Positions 48,432-62,335 are shown, numbered from the stretch's first letter. The stretch: 64,000 nucleotides of DNA from Eledone cirrhosa (GCA_964016885.1 OZ024743.1:194370001-194434000), one strand, 5' to 3'. Notes: generated by a model from the sequence alone, not told the origin. Made by a program: numbers and translations.

Positions 48432-49631
48432 ACTTCCACTGTCTATAATCCAGATGTCTTTTTATTTCACCAGAACGGGAGAGATGGAAATAGTGACAAT
48501 GGTACTTTGGTTCCTTTGTGTTTGAACCTAGTGTAATTACATAAATATATACATATATTTATTTATTGTACCATATGTTACTGATCCCCCACTTTGTAAA
48601 CTATCAAGGCCAAGAGTCAAAGTGTCCGGCAACCACTTCGTTTATAAATTGGGAATGAGCAGCTGCAATAATGTCTAGTTATCACACCATTTAAAACATC
48701 ATAATATACGAGTCGAACTTGAGACGACGTTATACCATGTTAAGAACGTCGACAGGTAGATTAGTCTGTTCTGAGCATATGATAAAATCCCGTCAAGGTG
48801 CATGTATGTATGGAACCATAACTACTGGAGTGGAGGGACATAGAAAGTGGCTTGGAATGTTTAAGCACTTGACTGATTATATTTAAACTCATTCACATGA
48901 ATGGTTCTGTAACTTCTGGGGAATCATAGAGGACCAATATTGAGATACGGCGTTTCTAGGGCATTTTATACATGGCTGAGCCCAATCCTCTCCAAGTCTG
49001 AACACAGCCAATTTCTTCCAGAGAAGGAAATAGAAGGTGTGAGAGGAAGAGAGACAAAGATATGGAGGATGACTGAAACCCAGTACTGGATTGGTAATTT
49101 GTTATCCACCTCGAAAGGATGAATAGCAACAGTGACTGCGCCTTGATTTGAAATCACAGCGCAGAGAGAATAAACCAATGCCGCAAAACGTTCAATCCAT
49201 CATACTAACGACTCTGGTATTTATTAGCCCTCACCTAAAAGCATACAGCATCTCTATTCAAGAACAGCATATAGGGACTAAATGTCGGATCATTAAGTGA
49301 CACAAGGATGTCTAAAAAAAACCCGCTTTGTGATACGAAATACTCATAGCTCCCAATTCACTGCAAAAGTTATTACCTATGGCATTACCAGCAGACCCCA
49401 AAATCTTCACCATTTACTATCTCACATAATACACGACATTGTGACAAGAAATCATTTCCAATGCTACAAGCAAAAAGGAATGTTGAGACGGTTAAACCAA
49501 AGCCACACAAGAGTCTCCACAAACTTGTCCGATTATCATAGTGTATGAATGTAGGTATGTGTGTGCGCACGTACGAAAGTATGTACCAATGTACGGATGT
49601 ATGCATGTATATATGTATGTATGAACATATG

Positions 49632-49681
<50 letters not shown>

Positions 49682-49705
49682 TATATAAATATATACGTAT
49701 ATATA

Positions 49706-49770
<65 letters not shown>

Positions 49771-49771
<1 letters not shown>

Positions 49772-49984
49772 GTGGTAGAACACTCGAAGGTAATATCCGT
49801 AGTTGTAGAGCACTCAGTCCATGGGACGAGTTAGGTAGAAGTGGTTACACAGCAGTTAGTTCACCAGACCGAGAACAATTGTTTCACCTTAGCGGATCCT
49901 CATAACCATGTCCATTACGAGCTGAGGTTCCGCTAAGGTGAAACAATTGTTCTCGGTATGGTGAACTAACTGTTGTGTAACCAC

Positions 49985-49989
<5 letters not shown>
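49771..49989. repeat. Foldback with minimal hammerhead (49919-49954, + strand)
   Basis: Arms 49836-49902 and 49923-49989; two-arm consensus GAG-CTGAGGA-TCC gctaa GGT-GAAAC aatt GTT-CTC. Confidence 0.8.
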
Positions 49990-50059
<70 letters not shown>

Positions 50060-50099
50060 AGGGTGTTGAAGTTTGCTTGAAGCATTGTGAAATGTGTAA

Positions 50100-50613
50100 A
50101 ATACGTAGTTTAGAAAGCCACAACAATGCAGATGGGAAATCTCGAGGTAGGAAGTGAATGATAGATAGGAGAAATAGGAGAAAGTAAAAATTGAGAGCGA
50201 CAAAGATGAAAACAAAACAAAGGTAGAAGGGTTACCGTAGTGGAGATTTAATCCCAATATTTCGGGCTCACACCCATCAACGGGGGAAAGTTCCAAAAAG
50301 GGGGGGGGGAACAGGCTAAGCCGGAGAAAGTTGTGATGTCGTTAAAACAGGCATTAACGGTATTCCTGTTTTAACGACATCACAACTTTCTCCGGCTTAG
50401 CCTGTTCCCCCCCCCCCTTTTTGGAACTTTCCCCCGTTGATGGGCGTGAGCCCGAAATATTGGGATTAAATCTCCACTACGGTAACCCTTCTACCTTTGT
50501 TTTGTTTTCATCTTTGTCTCTCTCAATTTTCACTTTCTCCTATTTCACCTATCTATCATTCACTTCCTACCTCGAGATTTCTCATCTGCATTGTTGTGGC
50601 TTTCTAAACTACG

Positions 50614-50617
<4 letters not shown>
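50100..50617. repeat. Long inverted repeat (~252-bp arms, 13-nt loop) with an HHR-like motif in each arm
   Basis: Only a handful of mismatches; TCCC-CCGTTGA-T-GGGC gtga GCCC-GAAAT-ATT-GGGA at 50430-50465. Confidence 0.9.
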
Positions 50618-50656
<39 letters not shown>

Positions 50657-50666
50657 AACACACACG

Positions 50667-50733
<67 letters not shown>

Positions 50734-51007
50734 AGAGTGAGAGAGCGAGAGAGAGAGAGGTAAAAAATCTAGGCAGTGCCAAGCCGAAACCGCTTGGCAC
50801 CGCGGTCTAGATCTCTCTACCCCACTTTGCATTGACTAATCCTATGAGTAGTTGTCTCCCAGGTCTCCACACCAAAGCTCTCCTCTCTATCTCTCTCCCC
50901 TCAAACAGACATACACACACTCTCTCTCTCTCCTCTCTGTCTCTATCTATATATATGTATGTGTATATATATATATATACACACATATATATAGAGAGAG
51001 ATGTATG

Positions 51008-51049
<42 letters not shown>

Positions 51050-51390
51050 CATGCATAGATACATGCATAGATACATGTTCTCATGTTCAAACATACGCAA
51101 AACCAATCGCATGCACCCAGACGTATGCGTGCACACGCACACATATAAACCACAGAACAATAGAGAAGGAGCAATGTATGTATTATTCACTTGGTTTCTA
51201 ATATGCCAAGCAACGAATCTAAAAGAAAAAATCGTGTTCATGAAATATGTCTGCACTGCATGTCAGTGCATTGTTTATGTGAATGTACGTAGGTGCAGTA
51301 GCTTCTGCAGTATTTATATGCTTATACATGCGCATAAGCACACATTTATGCATATAACGATATATATATATAAACATGTATATATACATG

Positions 51391-51437
<47 letters not shown>

Positions 51438-51473
51438 GTATATATATGTTTATATATGTATTTATATATGCTT

Positions 51474-51533
<60 letters not shown>

Positions 51534-51571
51534 GTGTATTTATTTGTATCTGTGTGTGTGTATGTATGTTT

Positions 51572-51605
<34 letters not shown>

Positions 51606-51784
51606 TAACTACATGTACTTGCGTATATATGCTTGTATACTCATGCCTGTGTATGATTTCAGAGATGAGTTTTAAATGATTGTTGGATTTTTTTTTTGTG
51701 TTTATGCTTTTTTTTTTTTTTATATATTTCTGTTCATTTCTTACTTATAGTTTATAGTGAAATTCTTGTATTATTTTTGCACAG

Positions 51785-51943
51785 ATCGTTCAGATCGATA
51801 GCTAGCTAAGATATTAAAACAGACCTGGCTATGCTCTCCGACGGAGATAAAACTAGTTCAAATAAGATAAATAGCTTGGGAACAGGTTCACTATGTCAGT
51901 GGGAAGATAACAAAGGAGGAGAAATCCAATGTAAAGATGCAAG
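51785..51943 (+). other. Candidate host exon (weak)
   Basis: T-rich tract plus CAG acceptor at 51784; ATG at 51831 opens MLSDGDKTSSNKINSLGTGSLCQWEDNKGGEIQCKDA up to AAG|GTTTGA. Confidence 0.2.
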
Positions 51944-52225
51944 GTTTGATTTCATCTAGTAAATTTAACAATAACTCCTTGAAGTGTAGCTACCTGCTAG
52001 TTGAAAACTTTCTTTGCTCTATCTACTTCGGTATTATTTATTCATGTGTTATTTCTGTGTGTGTCGAGGTACAAAGCTGCACTTGTACCTTCTTTTACGT
52101 GTATAGACTTATCTGATTATTGTTGGTGCAGTTTTTGTTATTGTAGTTGTTGTTTTTCGGGGGGATGGTCCGCTGGATGGTGGTGGTGGGGGTCGAAATA
52201 AATGTAGAACTACATTATGCATGAT

Positions 52226-52301
<76 letters not shown>

Positions 52302-52688
52302 CGCAGTCACACACATGCACGTATGTATATTTGTATGGATACATATATCGATATCTGTTCAAGAAGATATCTAAGATACATGCGACATGTATTACGTAGT
52401 TTTCATGTAAAATCTATTATTTGTACTTCATTGTGATTGAAGATCATTTGAGCGTTGTTGTTTTGTTGTTGCTGTTGCTGAAAAATATGCATTGGATGAG
52501 ATCTGACATAATTCCTACTGCCAGAGAACTAATAATGAATGAGTGGTATCTATTGCAAGAAACTAGTGGTATATCCATCATATGTTAAGGTGTCTTACAT
52601 TCTTAGCACCATTTGCGGTGAACATTTCGCTCAAAGATATTTTGAGGACTTTGGTTATTTGAAAAGGGCTCTATACTATACTATGCTA

Positions 52689-52751
<63 letters not shown>

Positions 52752-53965
52752 CAGCGTGCGGACGGTATTTTTAGTCATTATTTTATTTGACTAATTTTTA
52801 TTGAACTTCCATTTCAGAAAATAACAATGAAAATAACTATGCTTACTCATGAAATGATTGTGTCTTTGAAGGCTAAGCATGGGGAATTAGACATTTTCTC
52901 GTTTTCTGAAGGTTGCAACATGTTTTGTCCACAAGATTGGGTGTGAGTTAGAGAAAGAAGATGAAAGCGTATTACCTGTATCAAAACGTAAACAACATTC
53001 CAAACGCTCTGGTTCTATCAGTACACCTGAATTTATTCAGAAAGTTAAGCAAAACATTGATGACTATCCAGCAAAATCAATGAGGTCAATTGCAAAAACT
53101 TTTGGTGTGTCAGAAAAAACAACCAGAAATGTTGTGCATGAAGACATCAGATACAAATCTTACGTGATGAGAAGAGGTCAACTCATGTCAGAAAAAAAAA
53201 AAGGAAAGCGTTTAATCAGATCAAAAGACTTTTAAACAAACTTAAAAATCCATCAGAAGATGATGTGATTTGGTTTTTCTCAGATAAAAAAACTTTGACC
53301 AGGACCAGAAAACTAATAGAAGAAATGACAGGTGGCTATGTGCAGACCTTTCTGAGGTTCCAAGAGACATTTCTTGCAAGTGTCATGTTGTTAGCAATGA
53401 AGGTCATGTGCTGCCTCCTCACCTTTTTCCACAAGGTGAATGCTGCTGCATATATTGAGGTTCTGGATAAAGTTGTTAAGCTTTGGATCAACAATGTATT
53501 CAATGGAAGGCCTTATGTCTTTCAACAATATTCTGCACCATCACACAAGGCTGACAATTTGCATGATCTGCACCATCACACAGATGGCTGACAATTTGCA
53601 TGATCACCCCACCCCTAACATTTGGCCTCCTAATTCTCCAGGTCTCAATCCACTGAACTACTATATATGGAGCATCGTTGAGGAAAATGTCAATGAACAT
53701 CCCCATAGCACCAAAGATTCTTTGAAAGCCACCATAATTCGAGACATGTCCTATATGAACAAGGACCATTTAATCCGAGCTTGCAAACGATTTCAACCCC
53801 GTGTAGAGGCAGTTATTGATGCTTATAGTGGTTTTATTGAATGGAATTATTAAAGTGATAATTTAGCATAATGTTTATGTTATTTTGATAAGAATACAGT
53901 TTTTTTCTGCTATCATAAGCGTTTTTTTAAAACCATAAATCTGTCAAAAAATACCGTCCGCACCC

Positions 53966-53967
<2 letters not shown>
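52752..53967 (+). mobile_element. Tc1/mariner DNA transposon (maT/DD37D-like), degraded
   Basis: TIRs CAGCGTGCGGACGGTATTTTT / AAAAATACCGTCCGCACCCT flanked by TA; WFFSDKK, YVFQQYSAPSH, WPPNSPGLNPLNYYIW. Confidence 0.88.
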
Positions 53968-53996
<29 letters not shown>

Positions 53997-54414
53997 TATA
54001 AGTATGTATAGGTACATACATATATGTATACAGATGTACAGTAGTATGTATATATATACATACATGCGCACATATATATATGTACGTATGGATTTACCGA
54101 ACATTTATTATAATGCTCGGTGTGTTTGTAAACAAACATCCCGAATTAAGCCGTACAGTGTTTAGCAACCATCGTTGCTCTTTTGTTCAACACTAACAAA
54201 GGAACGATGTACTAGTTTCAAGCTTATTAGCTATCGTCAGCACCGTATACCTTCCTGCCAGATGATTGAACGTCTGAAAGTATATACTTTCCTTATGCAT
54301 ATTAACGCTGAGCAGCCTAATTTGCATATATTTAAGTAACAACCGTACTAAGAGTGAGAAATGTAATTTCGTTTCATTTTTTTCCGTTTATATATATATA
54401 TATATATATATATA

Positions 54415-55093
54415 TGTAAATATGATAATAATGGAGCTGCGGCGCTGCAAATGGGTTACATATGAAAAAGTTTGTCCTCATCAGTGGCCATCCAACCGTC
54501 GTAGGCATTTCGTCGCATTAAAGGCCATATACCTCAGGTTGGTGCGAGCAACGGCTAAAAAAAAGTCGTTGGGACACGTAAATAAAGGGGACGCTAGGGT
54601 AAACAAACAAAATGGTTTAAGCAGCAGAAAGTGATGAAGAAGGAAACAAGTCCCAGATTTCTATGAATATAAATTCGGTGGAATCGTGAATGAGATAATA
54701 AAGACCATCAAACCTAGTTGAAATGTGAGCAAGGAAGGAATTTCGCACAGGTCTAACGGGAGGAAGAAGGGGTCTGGTCTGCGAATTCGGTAAACATAAG
54801 TTCTGTGAAGTCGCAGACGAGAGAGAGAAAAAAATTCATACCGGCTTGGCCAAGTGCCCGCGAGAAAAGGATTATGGACAGGTCAAACGGGAAGAAAGGG
54901 GAGGAGGAGAGGTAGTGACAGAGAGTGAGTGAGTGAAAGTTGAGGAAGAGGCTAACAGAGAGAGAGACTGCTAGAAAGGGTAAAGACACAAAGAACGAAA
55001 CAGACTGGTGGCAGCGGAGGAAAAAATATGTGTAAATATGATAATAATGGAGCTGCGGCGCTGCAAATGGGTTACATATGAAAAAGTTTGTCC

Positions 55094-55094
<1 letters not shown>
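54415..55094. repeat. 680-bp segment bounded by identical 64-bp direct repeats
   Basis: 54415-54478 equals 55031-55094; flanked by (TA)n and (TG)n. Confidence 0.85.
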
Positions 55095-55153
<59 letters not shown>

Positions 55154-55349
55154 TGTCTGGTTCAATCGGGTTAACCACTGTAATTAAGGTACTCATTACA
55201 TAGCAGAGTATAAATATTTAATTTATAAGTGGCTTCTACATGACTAGAATTGGTTCATTCGAAGGAAATCATCATGGCTTGATATATATATATATATATA
55301 TATATTGTTATACTTTGGGAGGCTCATGTTGCCAATATATATATATATA

Positions 55350-55437
55350 TAGGGTGCCCCTAAGAAATGTATACATGCTTCGATTACTTACAGAGGCAAT
55401 ATTTATTAGAATGCACCTTCTTTGTTGGAAACCCTGT
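55350..55437. mobile_element. Possible tiny Tc1/mariner-derived MITE
   Basis: TA-TAGGGTG...ACCCTG-TA termini. Confidence 0.3.
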
Positions 55438-56110
55438 ATATATGAAAAGAAGAGTTGAAATTAATACATGCAAGGTTTCATAGCTCTAGCATCACTCTTT
55501 CATAGACAGCCTATGAACGTTTCAGCTCACCCTCGTATATGTGGATACCGATAGTACTTTTGAATGTTAAACAGTTAAAGTAAAATTTTAAAGAAACATA
55601 CAGGAATTGGTAGATTCCTTCTCAGCGAAGTACTTAAATCCTGGCGAGATTAACTAACAGAATCCTGTTTAAAGTAAAGTTTATCTTGTTGGTCTCGATT
55701 GGGGGATCGGGCAGGATCAATTAGAGACGGTTGCTTGTGACAGGACCCACTCGCTGGAAGAGGTTGAAAATCCACACAAAAAAGTTGTAGACAAACTCCA
55801 CACAGAAGAGGTATAGGAAAATAAAAACCGTAATGAACAAACAGAAAGGTAGGAGACGACTACCTTTTATAAGCTCTAACAGGTGTGTCGATTTGGGGGC
55901 GAGTTCATTGGCAGAGTTACTTCCTCCTAAACAGATATATATTTGGCGAAGCAGGTTCAAATTTTGCAACAATTAGTTCAACAACAAATGTTTCATTTTT
56001 CTTCTCCTTTTTTGTTTTTTTCCCCCCATAATAGTGTTTTATTTTCATTAGATACTGCTAAATTATTTTGATGTATTTATTATTATCATTAATATTATTA
56101 TTATTATACT

Positions 56111-56385
56111 GACTATGCGCCTGTAGGCTGGTTAGTTTGAGGAAGAAAAGTGTGCCCTCCCCGGGTAACCTGGAAACGTCGGGTGGGTCAGGATTGGTGG
56201 GATACTTGAGTCGCCCCTGGGTCGTCCACACCCCTATTGGCGAATTTATTTTGTTATGTTTATTTAGTCTATTTTATATTTTCATTGTTAAATCGGTTTT
56301 GCTATTGTGCAATTTTATTCGAGCTTATTGTAAACCCCATTGTCCGTATCTTTGTATTGTCCCTTACATGTCGGCCTTTGTAAGG
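56111..56385 (+). mobile_element. 3' UTR-like fragment of a diverged Tx1 subfamily
   Basis: Follows (TTA)n; shares CCCCTATTGG.GAAT and CCCATT..TGTATTGTCC with the family B 3' UTR. Confidence 0.5.
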
Positions 56386-56848
56386 TATAGTAATTTTTAA
56401 CCGCTATAACAATTGTAAATTGTTTAAAACTTTAACCAAATTGTAGATAAAAACACCCTCCTCCTCGTGAGGGGGGGTCTTTCTGCCCGTTATTTGGCCC
56501 TTCGGGGTTAAATAACCGCTTATTGGGGTTTTGTGCCTAATATTCATTTTAAACCCCAAAAAATATTGACTACAAAAAAGAATTTTCACAAGTCACTCCC
56601 ACTCATTCCGTCTTCTTCCTCAATCGTCACTACATCAGAGAGAAGATTGTCTCTCTCCCTCCCTTCTCTAACTGTGTCTCTGTCCCTCCCTTCTCTTTCG
56701 CAAGCGACGCCAGTAAAGAAAAAGAAAAAATATAGTTTCTGATAGTTTCCAAGAGCACGTGCATACCGTGGAACATTTATCCACGACGACGACAACGACG
56801 AAAAATGTGTGCGGTAAATACGGAAAGCCATTTCATTCGTTTGACGTC

Positions 56849-58617
56849 ATGAATAATAGCAGTAGCAGCAGCAACAGTGACAAGGAAAACAATAGTAGCA
56901 GCCGCAACATCATCAGCAGCAGCATAAACAAGAATAGCAGCAGCAACAACATCAACAACAACAGCAGCAGCAACAACAACGACAAAAACAGCGACGGCGG
57001 CAGTCGTAGTACCAGCAGCAACAACAAAAGTAACAGCAGCTCTGACGACAACAACAACAACAAGAAGAAAGAAAACCCAATCTCATTTGCAGGTATCGCA
57101 AAGAACCTGGAAACCATCCTTATAACAAATGAGGAATTACAGGAAGCAAAGAAGATGGTGACGAAAACCGGACACCGAGCAATCTGCAAGGCAGCCGTGA
57201 AACTTTTCGAAACCCAACAGCACTGTACGGTCACGTACCGTACAGTAAGCACTAAATTCCGTAGGGTTGAAAGAGCCACAGAGCTCAAATACAAAAAGCC
57301 TTAGGGTCTGTGTGGCAGCGGGAAACGCATATCACCCGAGGCAAGAAATATGCCACCCTGGACGTGCTTTTTGCCACACGCCAGGAGGCAAAGGCTCAAT
57401 CCTTAGTGACCCTAAGGAGCGAGGAGTCAAACTGAGTCACGTCACCCTTCGGGATGGCCCCTTCTTGGCTGGCCGCGTCTGTTCTCGTCGGAATCGAGGA
57501 CAAAACAACTGTACTGCAAGTACAGAAAAAAGTTTACTGAAGATGTTAATCCAAACAAACCAGGAGTGCATCGAAGCTATCCCAGATGTGAAAGACTTCG
57601 ATAACGGCACTCAACTGCCATAAGTTTGAGGGCAAACGCCCGAAATGCTTTCGCTGTGGATCGAAGACTCACCTCAGGGCCTTCTGCAATGAGAAGACCC
57701 TGAGAAAGGAGTAAACCCCCCTCCTTCCGAAAACGGCTCCACTGCTACCAGCAACAGGACAGGCGGCAACCAGGAAGGATAGGAACGTGGCACCCATACT
57801 CTCGCCACGGAAATCAAAAACAGCAACAGCAGTGGAAGTATTAACAACAACAACAGCAATACCAACTGCAGTTGCAACAGAGACTCCACTGCAAACATCA
57901 ACAACAAGAACAAGTGAAAGAGTGGAGCTGGTACCCCTCCCCGACATCACAGAATCGGACATGGAGTGTGAGGTGGAAGAGGAATGGCAAAAGGTCGCAA
58001 GAAGGCACGGACGCAGAAGCAGCGCATCGTCGCCTTCGAAAAGGGAGGAAAGAAATGAAAAAAGGGTAAAGGCTACTGCAAAGAGACTTACAGCAGCAAC
58101 ACCACAAACACCATCACCACCCACACTAGCACGACCATCACCAACGGCAGCAACCCCACCGCAAACAACAATAACACCTTCAACACCACCACCACAAGCA
58201 CCAACATCGCAAACAAAACACACACAGCCTGCAACAACGACAAGATAGCAGAACCACACCCCACCCCAGAAGAACAAATGCACAGAAATAAATACACACA
58301 AGAAACTAATGACTTACATAATTGAACAGACAGACATTTCACAGCACGACTACATAATACCAGCACCAATCAAAACACCAACGAACATAAGACTGGTAAG
58401 AATAGCACAGAAGCAATACACAAGCATTAAAAGGAAATTCCCCAAGGCAGTTGGTGATTTTAGAGACCTACGAGGGACACTCAACCGGAGAGTATATACG
58501 GATATACTCACAGAAGAGCCGATGACCAGCCGAAGGGACGATTCAACGGTCCCTTCACCAGACGATCAAGTGAAAAGGGATGGAGAAACAATCCTTCCTC
58601 TACGAGAAGTAAGGTAA
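56849..58617 (+). pseudogene. Tx1 ORF1 type 2, frameshifted
   Basis: ISFAGIAK..EELQEAKKMV..CTVTYRT; CFRCGSKTHLRAFC knuckle at ~57645-57690. Confidence 0.75.
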
Positions 58618-58651
58618 GTGGTCATTCCCATCTTTTCCACTCCATTTCAAC

Positions 58652-61600
58652 ATGACCTCACTCAGAATAGGCAGCATAAATGCGCGTGACTTGGGGTGGT
58701 CATGGAAGCAGGGCCACCTGCTCAACGATCTCAGGTCACTAAACATAGATGTAGTGGCCATCAGCGAGACCAGAATCTCCGAAGCACGGGCCTTCGCACC
58801 GATCTTCGGCGGCTACGATGTGTACGCATCTCCCAGCCGTCCAGGATCGGGGGGAAGGAGTTGCTGTGCTTTTTCGGAGAGGTTTCGATCTCGCCATACG
58901 GGCCATCTTCCTGGACCCAGAAGGTAAGTTGGTGGTGCTGGACGTGACCAGCGGAGACGGGCAAGCTTTCAGGCTAGTGGCCGTCTATGCCCCGACAGGA
59001 GCAGGGTGGCCTGATTTCTCCCGGCGTCTGGAGACCTTTCTTGGAACGTCCCGCTATTTAGTGTTAGCGGGCGACTGGAACGGGATCTTAGATGCACGCT
59101 GGGAATGTGTGGGATTAGCGGATAGGGGAGGAGGGTGCAAGAGTCTCCCCAACCTGCTCAGGGGTTTTGAACTGTCTGACAGGTACCGATTGGATTTCCC
59201 GAATGTTCCAATGTGGACTTGGACAAATCGCATAGGATCATCCAGATCATATCTAGATAGAGTATTTTGTAGGGAAATAGATAGGTCTAGCATAGGCTGT
59301 CCACAATTCAAGATAGTCAGCTACACGGACCACAAATTCGTGATCTGTGTGCTTGACTTAGATAGGCTTCATAGACGAGGACCGGCTACTGGAAGCTAAA
59401 CGCGTCCTTACCAGCGCGCAAGGCCTACAGAGACCGGATTAGCGAACTAGTTAAGCGGGCGTTGACGGGGGCCATCGTCAACAACAAGTGGTGGTTTGCT
59501 CTGAGAAGAGCAATTAGAATAGAGTCCATTAGGTTTAGTAAGGCTTTAGCAATAGAGAAAAATATAGCAGAGGGAGAATTAGTTAGAAAATTAGACGAGG
59601 TGCTTAGCAAAGGCATCGCGACCGACGTACTTGCGGCGAAATTGGCTCTTGACCAACTCTTCAATGCAATGCACGAAGGCTGCGTTGTCAGAGCTAGGGT
59701 GCGTGCTCTCAGACACAAGGGGACGAAAGCCGTTCAATGGGTCCGAGTGGCGGAGGCGCGTGGTGGCAGCAAAGCCACGATCCGGTCTTTGGTGGACCAC
59801 GACGGGCGCATGCTACTCGATCTCGGGTAAATGTGTGAAGCTTTCTAGCGACATTTCGCCCAGCTGTTCGGGGGCAGCGGCGGGCCGAATCGAGGGATGG
59901 ACTTTAGTGTCTACCTCGACGGACAGCCGCGGCTATCGGCCAGTGAGGCGGAGTGTTGCGAAACGCCGATAACAGCCGCTGAAGTACGGGAGGCAATGAC
60001 TGGCTGCACAAGGGGTAAATCGCCTGGTTTGGATGGTCTGCCCTATGAACTTTACGTACACATGCCAGACTTGTTCGGAGGCCTCTTGGCGGACGTCTAC
60101 TGCAACTGGCAACAGAACGGGTGAATTCCCAGCTCTGTGAGTCGAGGAGCGGTGGCGCTGCTGAGAAAGGATCCGAACAAGGGGGATAAGATAGATAATT
60201 TCAGGCCTATAACTCTGCTAAACACAGAGTTCAAGATTTTGGACAAGATGCTAGCAAAGAGGTTGCCGCTTGTCGTTGGCGGTCTGGTGGGAGAGGCGCA
60301 GACATGCGCCATTCCCGACAGATCCATCCACGACAAGCTCCACCTCATGCGATACATCGTAGAGAGGGTAGCTAGAGAACCTGGCACGGGTGGGTCCTTG
60401 ATCAATTTAGATCAGTCGAAAGTTTTCGATAGGGTCGACCATCGTTACCTAGCGGCAGTCCTGAGGGCAACTGGCCTCGGGCCCGTCTTCAGAGGCTGGA
60501 TCGCTGCGATGCACAGCGACATCTGCTCTGAGGTGAGAGTGAACAGTCACCTTTCGGAACCCTTCAACATCATGCGCTCGGTCCGCCAAGGATGTCCCCT
60601 CTCGTCCCTCTTGTACGTATTGACTCTCGAGCCATTACTGCACAAACTGGAGACGTTGAGGGGCGACCCGCGCGAGCTAGGATGCGGAAGATCCGTGTCA
60701 GCATATGCGGACGGTGTCACCGTAGTGGTGTCGAACGCCAAACACATCGAGGAGATCGGCACTACACTAAGAGAATACGAAGCGGTGACAGGAGCAATGA
60801 TCAACCAGGAAAAGTCAGTGGGCCTGCAGCATCGGCACCTGGAGAGGCAGGTCCATGTCGTCCAACAGCATCGTCGGGCGCTGGACGGACGGACCGCTTA
60901 AATTGCTAGGGTCTGGTTCGGTCCGGACCTCCAGACGGACAAAAACTGGGACGAGGTGACGAGCAGGGTGGCTTCTCTCACCCAGAAATGGGCGGAGAGG
61001 AAGCTATCCCTGAAAGGTCGAGCGGAGGTGGCTAACGCGTACATCACGTCCGTCATCTACTACCGCCTGACCGTCGTACCTTGTCTTAAGCCCCGCCTGA
61101 CTGCGCTGGAGCGTTTGGTCTTTCGCTTTTTGTGGAAGGGACGCGATCCGATGGTCAGGTGGTCCATCTGCTGTCAACACCCGCTACGTGGAGGGCTGCG
61201 CATGCCGTGGCAGACACGGGCTCAAGGTACGACATCTCCACCTCTTCCTCGACGGTGATCAGGTATGGTCGCCGTTTGCTAGACACGTCTTTCCCCAGAT
61301 GGTCTCGTTCACGGAGCTGCAGTCCTGGGTCAATCGAAGACCGGGAGGAGCGCTTGGAGACTGGAATGTCTTCAGGCGATCACAGCCCTCGACCAATCGG
61401 GCAATGTGATCGCTGGAAACTCCACTTTGGCGTTCTATAGAGGATTAGTGGAGGGGAAGAGCGACGACGTACTTGGAGAAACTCTCAGCGTCGACGAAAA
61501 TCAACAACCAATCTCTTCGGAAGGACTTTCGGGCAGGGGCCTATGGACAACTTCCAGAAATCCCTGGCCTGGCAGTGCTACCGAGGAGCTTTGCCAGTTC

Positions 61601-62056
61601 GGGATAAACTCTACAGGCATGGAGGTGCCGTCAGCCGGGCATGTCCGAGATGCGCTCAGGGCGACGAAACCGTCCTGCACGCACTCGTCCAGTGTCCGAG
61701 CATTGCTGACTGTGGGTTTATGTCGAACACCTGCTGTCACGTGTAGGACGGATCCAGCTATCAGCTGATTCCATCGTGAGGATGCCCCGCCCTCTTCCGT
61801 TAGCCGGGAAGGGCAGGCAGTTTTTTTCTGTCTCGTGGGCATGGTGAAAGAGATATTATGGTGGACACGTTTGAAAGGGCTGCAGACGAGCACTTACCTC
61901 TTCGGTGATGCCCTGATTATCTTTTTCAAATTTCATTTGAAAAGGAAAATCAGGGTAGAGAGGGAAGTGCTTTCTTCCCAGCATTTTGTTGAAAGATGGG
62001 TGAGAGAAGCAAGAATGGCCCGAGTGAATGGGCCTACTCTGAGTACGTATATGTAA
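58652..62056 (+). pseudogene. Tx1 ORF2, disrupted (YADD changed to YADG)
   Basis: Colinear with B1/B2 ORF2; multiple stops and frameshifts. Confidence 0.9.
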
Positions 62057-62298
62057 ATTAAAGGTGGAAAACTGGGAGAGGGCACTTGTCCTGGTGGTCA
62101 GGGTCACTGTGGTTTTAATGGGCTTTCTCCACAAATGTCCCTCGGAATTCTCCCCCTATTGGGGAATTTTTCATTGTTATTTTTTAATACATGCTCTGTT
62201 GTTTTTACATGCAGAAATGCCCATTTGTACCGTCATGTATTGTCCTGTACAGTCCTTAATGTCTACTTTATTTAAACCCTTGTGGTTAATAAAGAAAG

Positions 62299-62335
<37 letters not shown>

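Larger units (their letters stand above)
56390..62299 (+). mobile_element. Near full-length Tx1 LINE, copy B3, with a different 5' UTR and ORF1
   Basis: ORF2 and 3' UTR near-identical to B1/B2 from ~58570; upstream only protein-level similarity; ends AATAAAGAAAGC followed by (ATT)n. Confidence 0.88.

Noticed and set aside
48560-49545. Higher-complexity unique-looking sequence, possibly a decayed element or exon
   Set aside because: Only short ORFs without recognisable motifs; it cannot be assigned.
50767-50812. GC hairpin GTGCCAAGC/GCTTGGCAC near CTAG (possible Helitron end)
   Set aside because: CTAG is followed by A rather than T on both strands and no 5' end is identifiable.
54472-54520. 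Type II hammerhead on minus (GACGAAA...CTGATGAGG)
   Set aside because: Stem II and the UH site do not pair properly.
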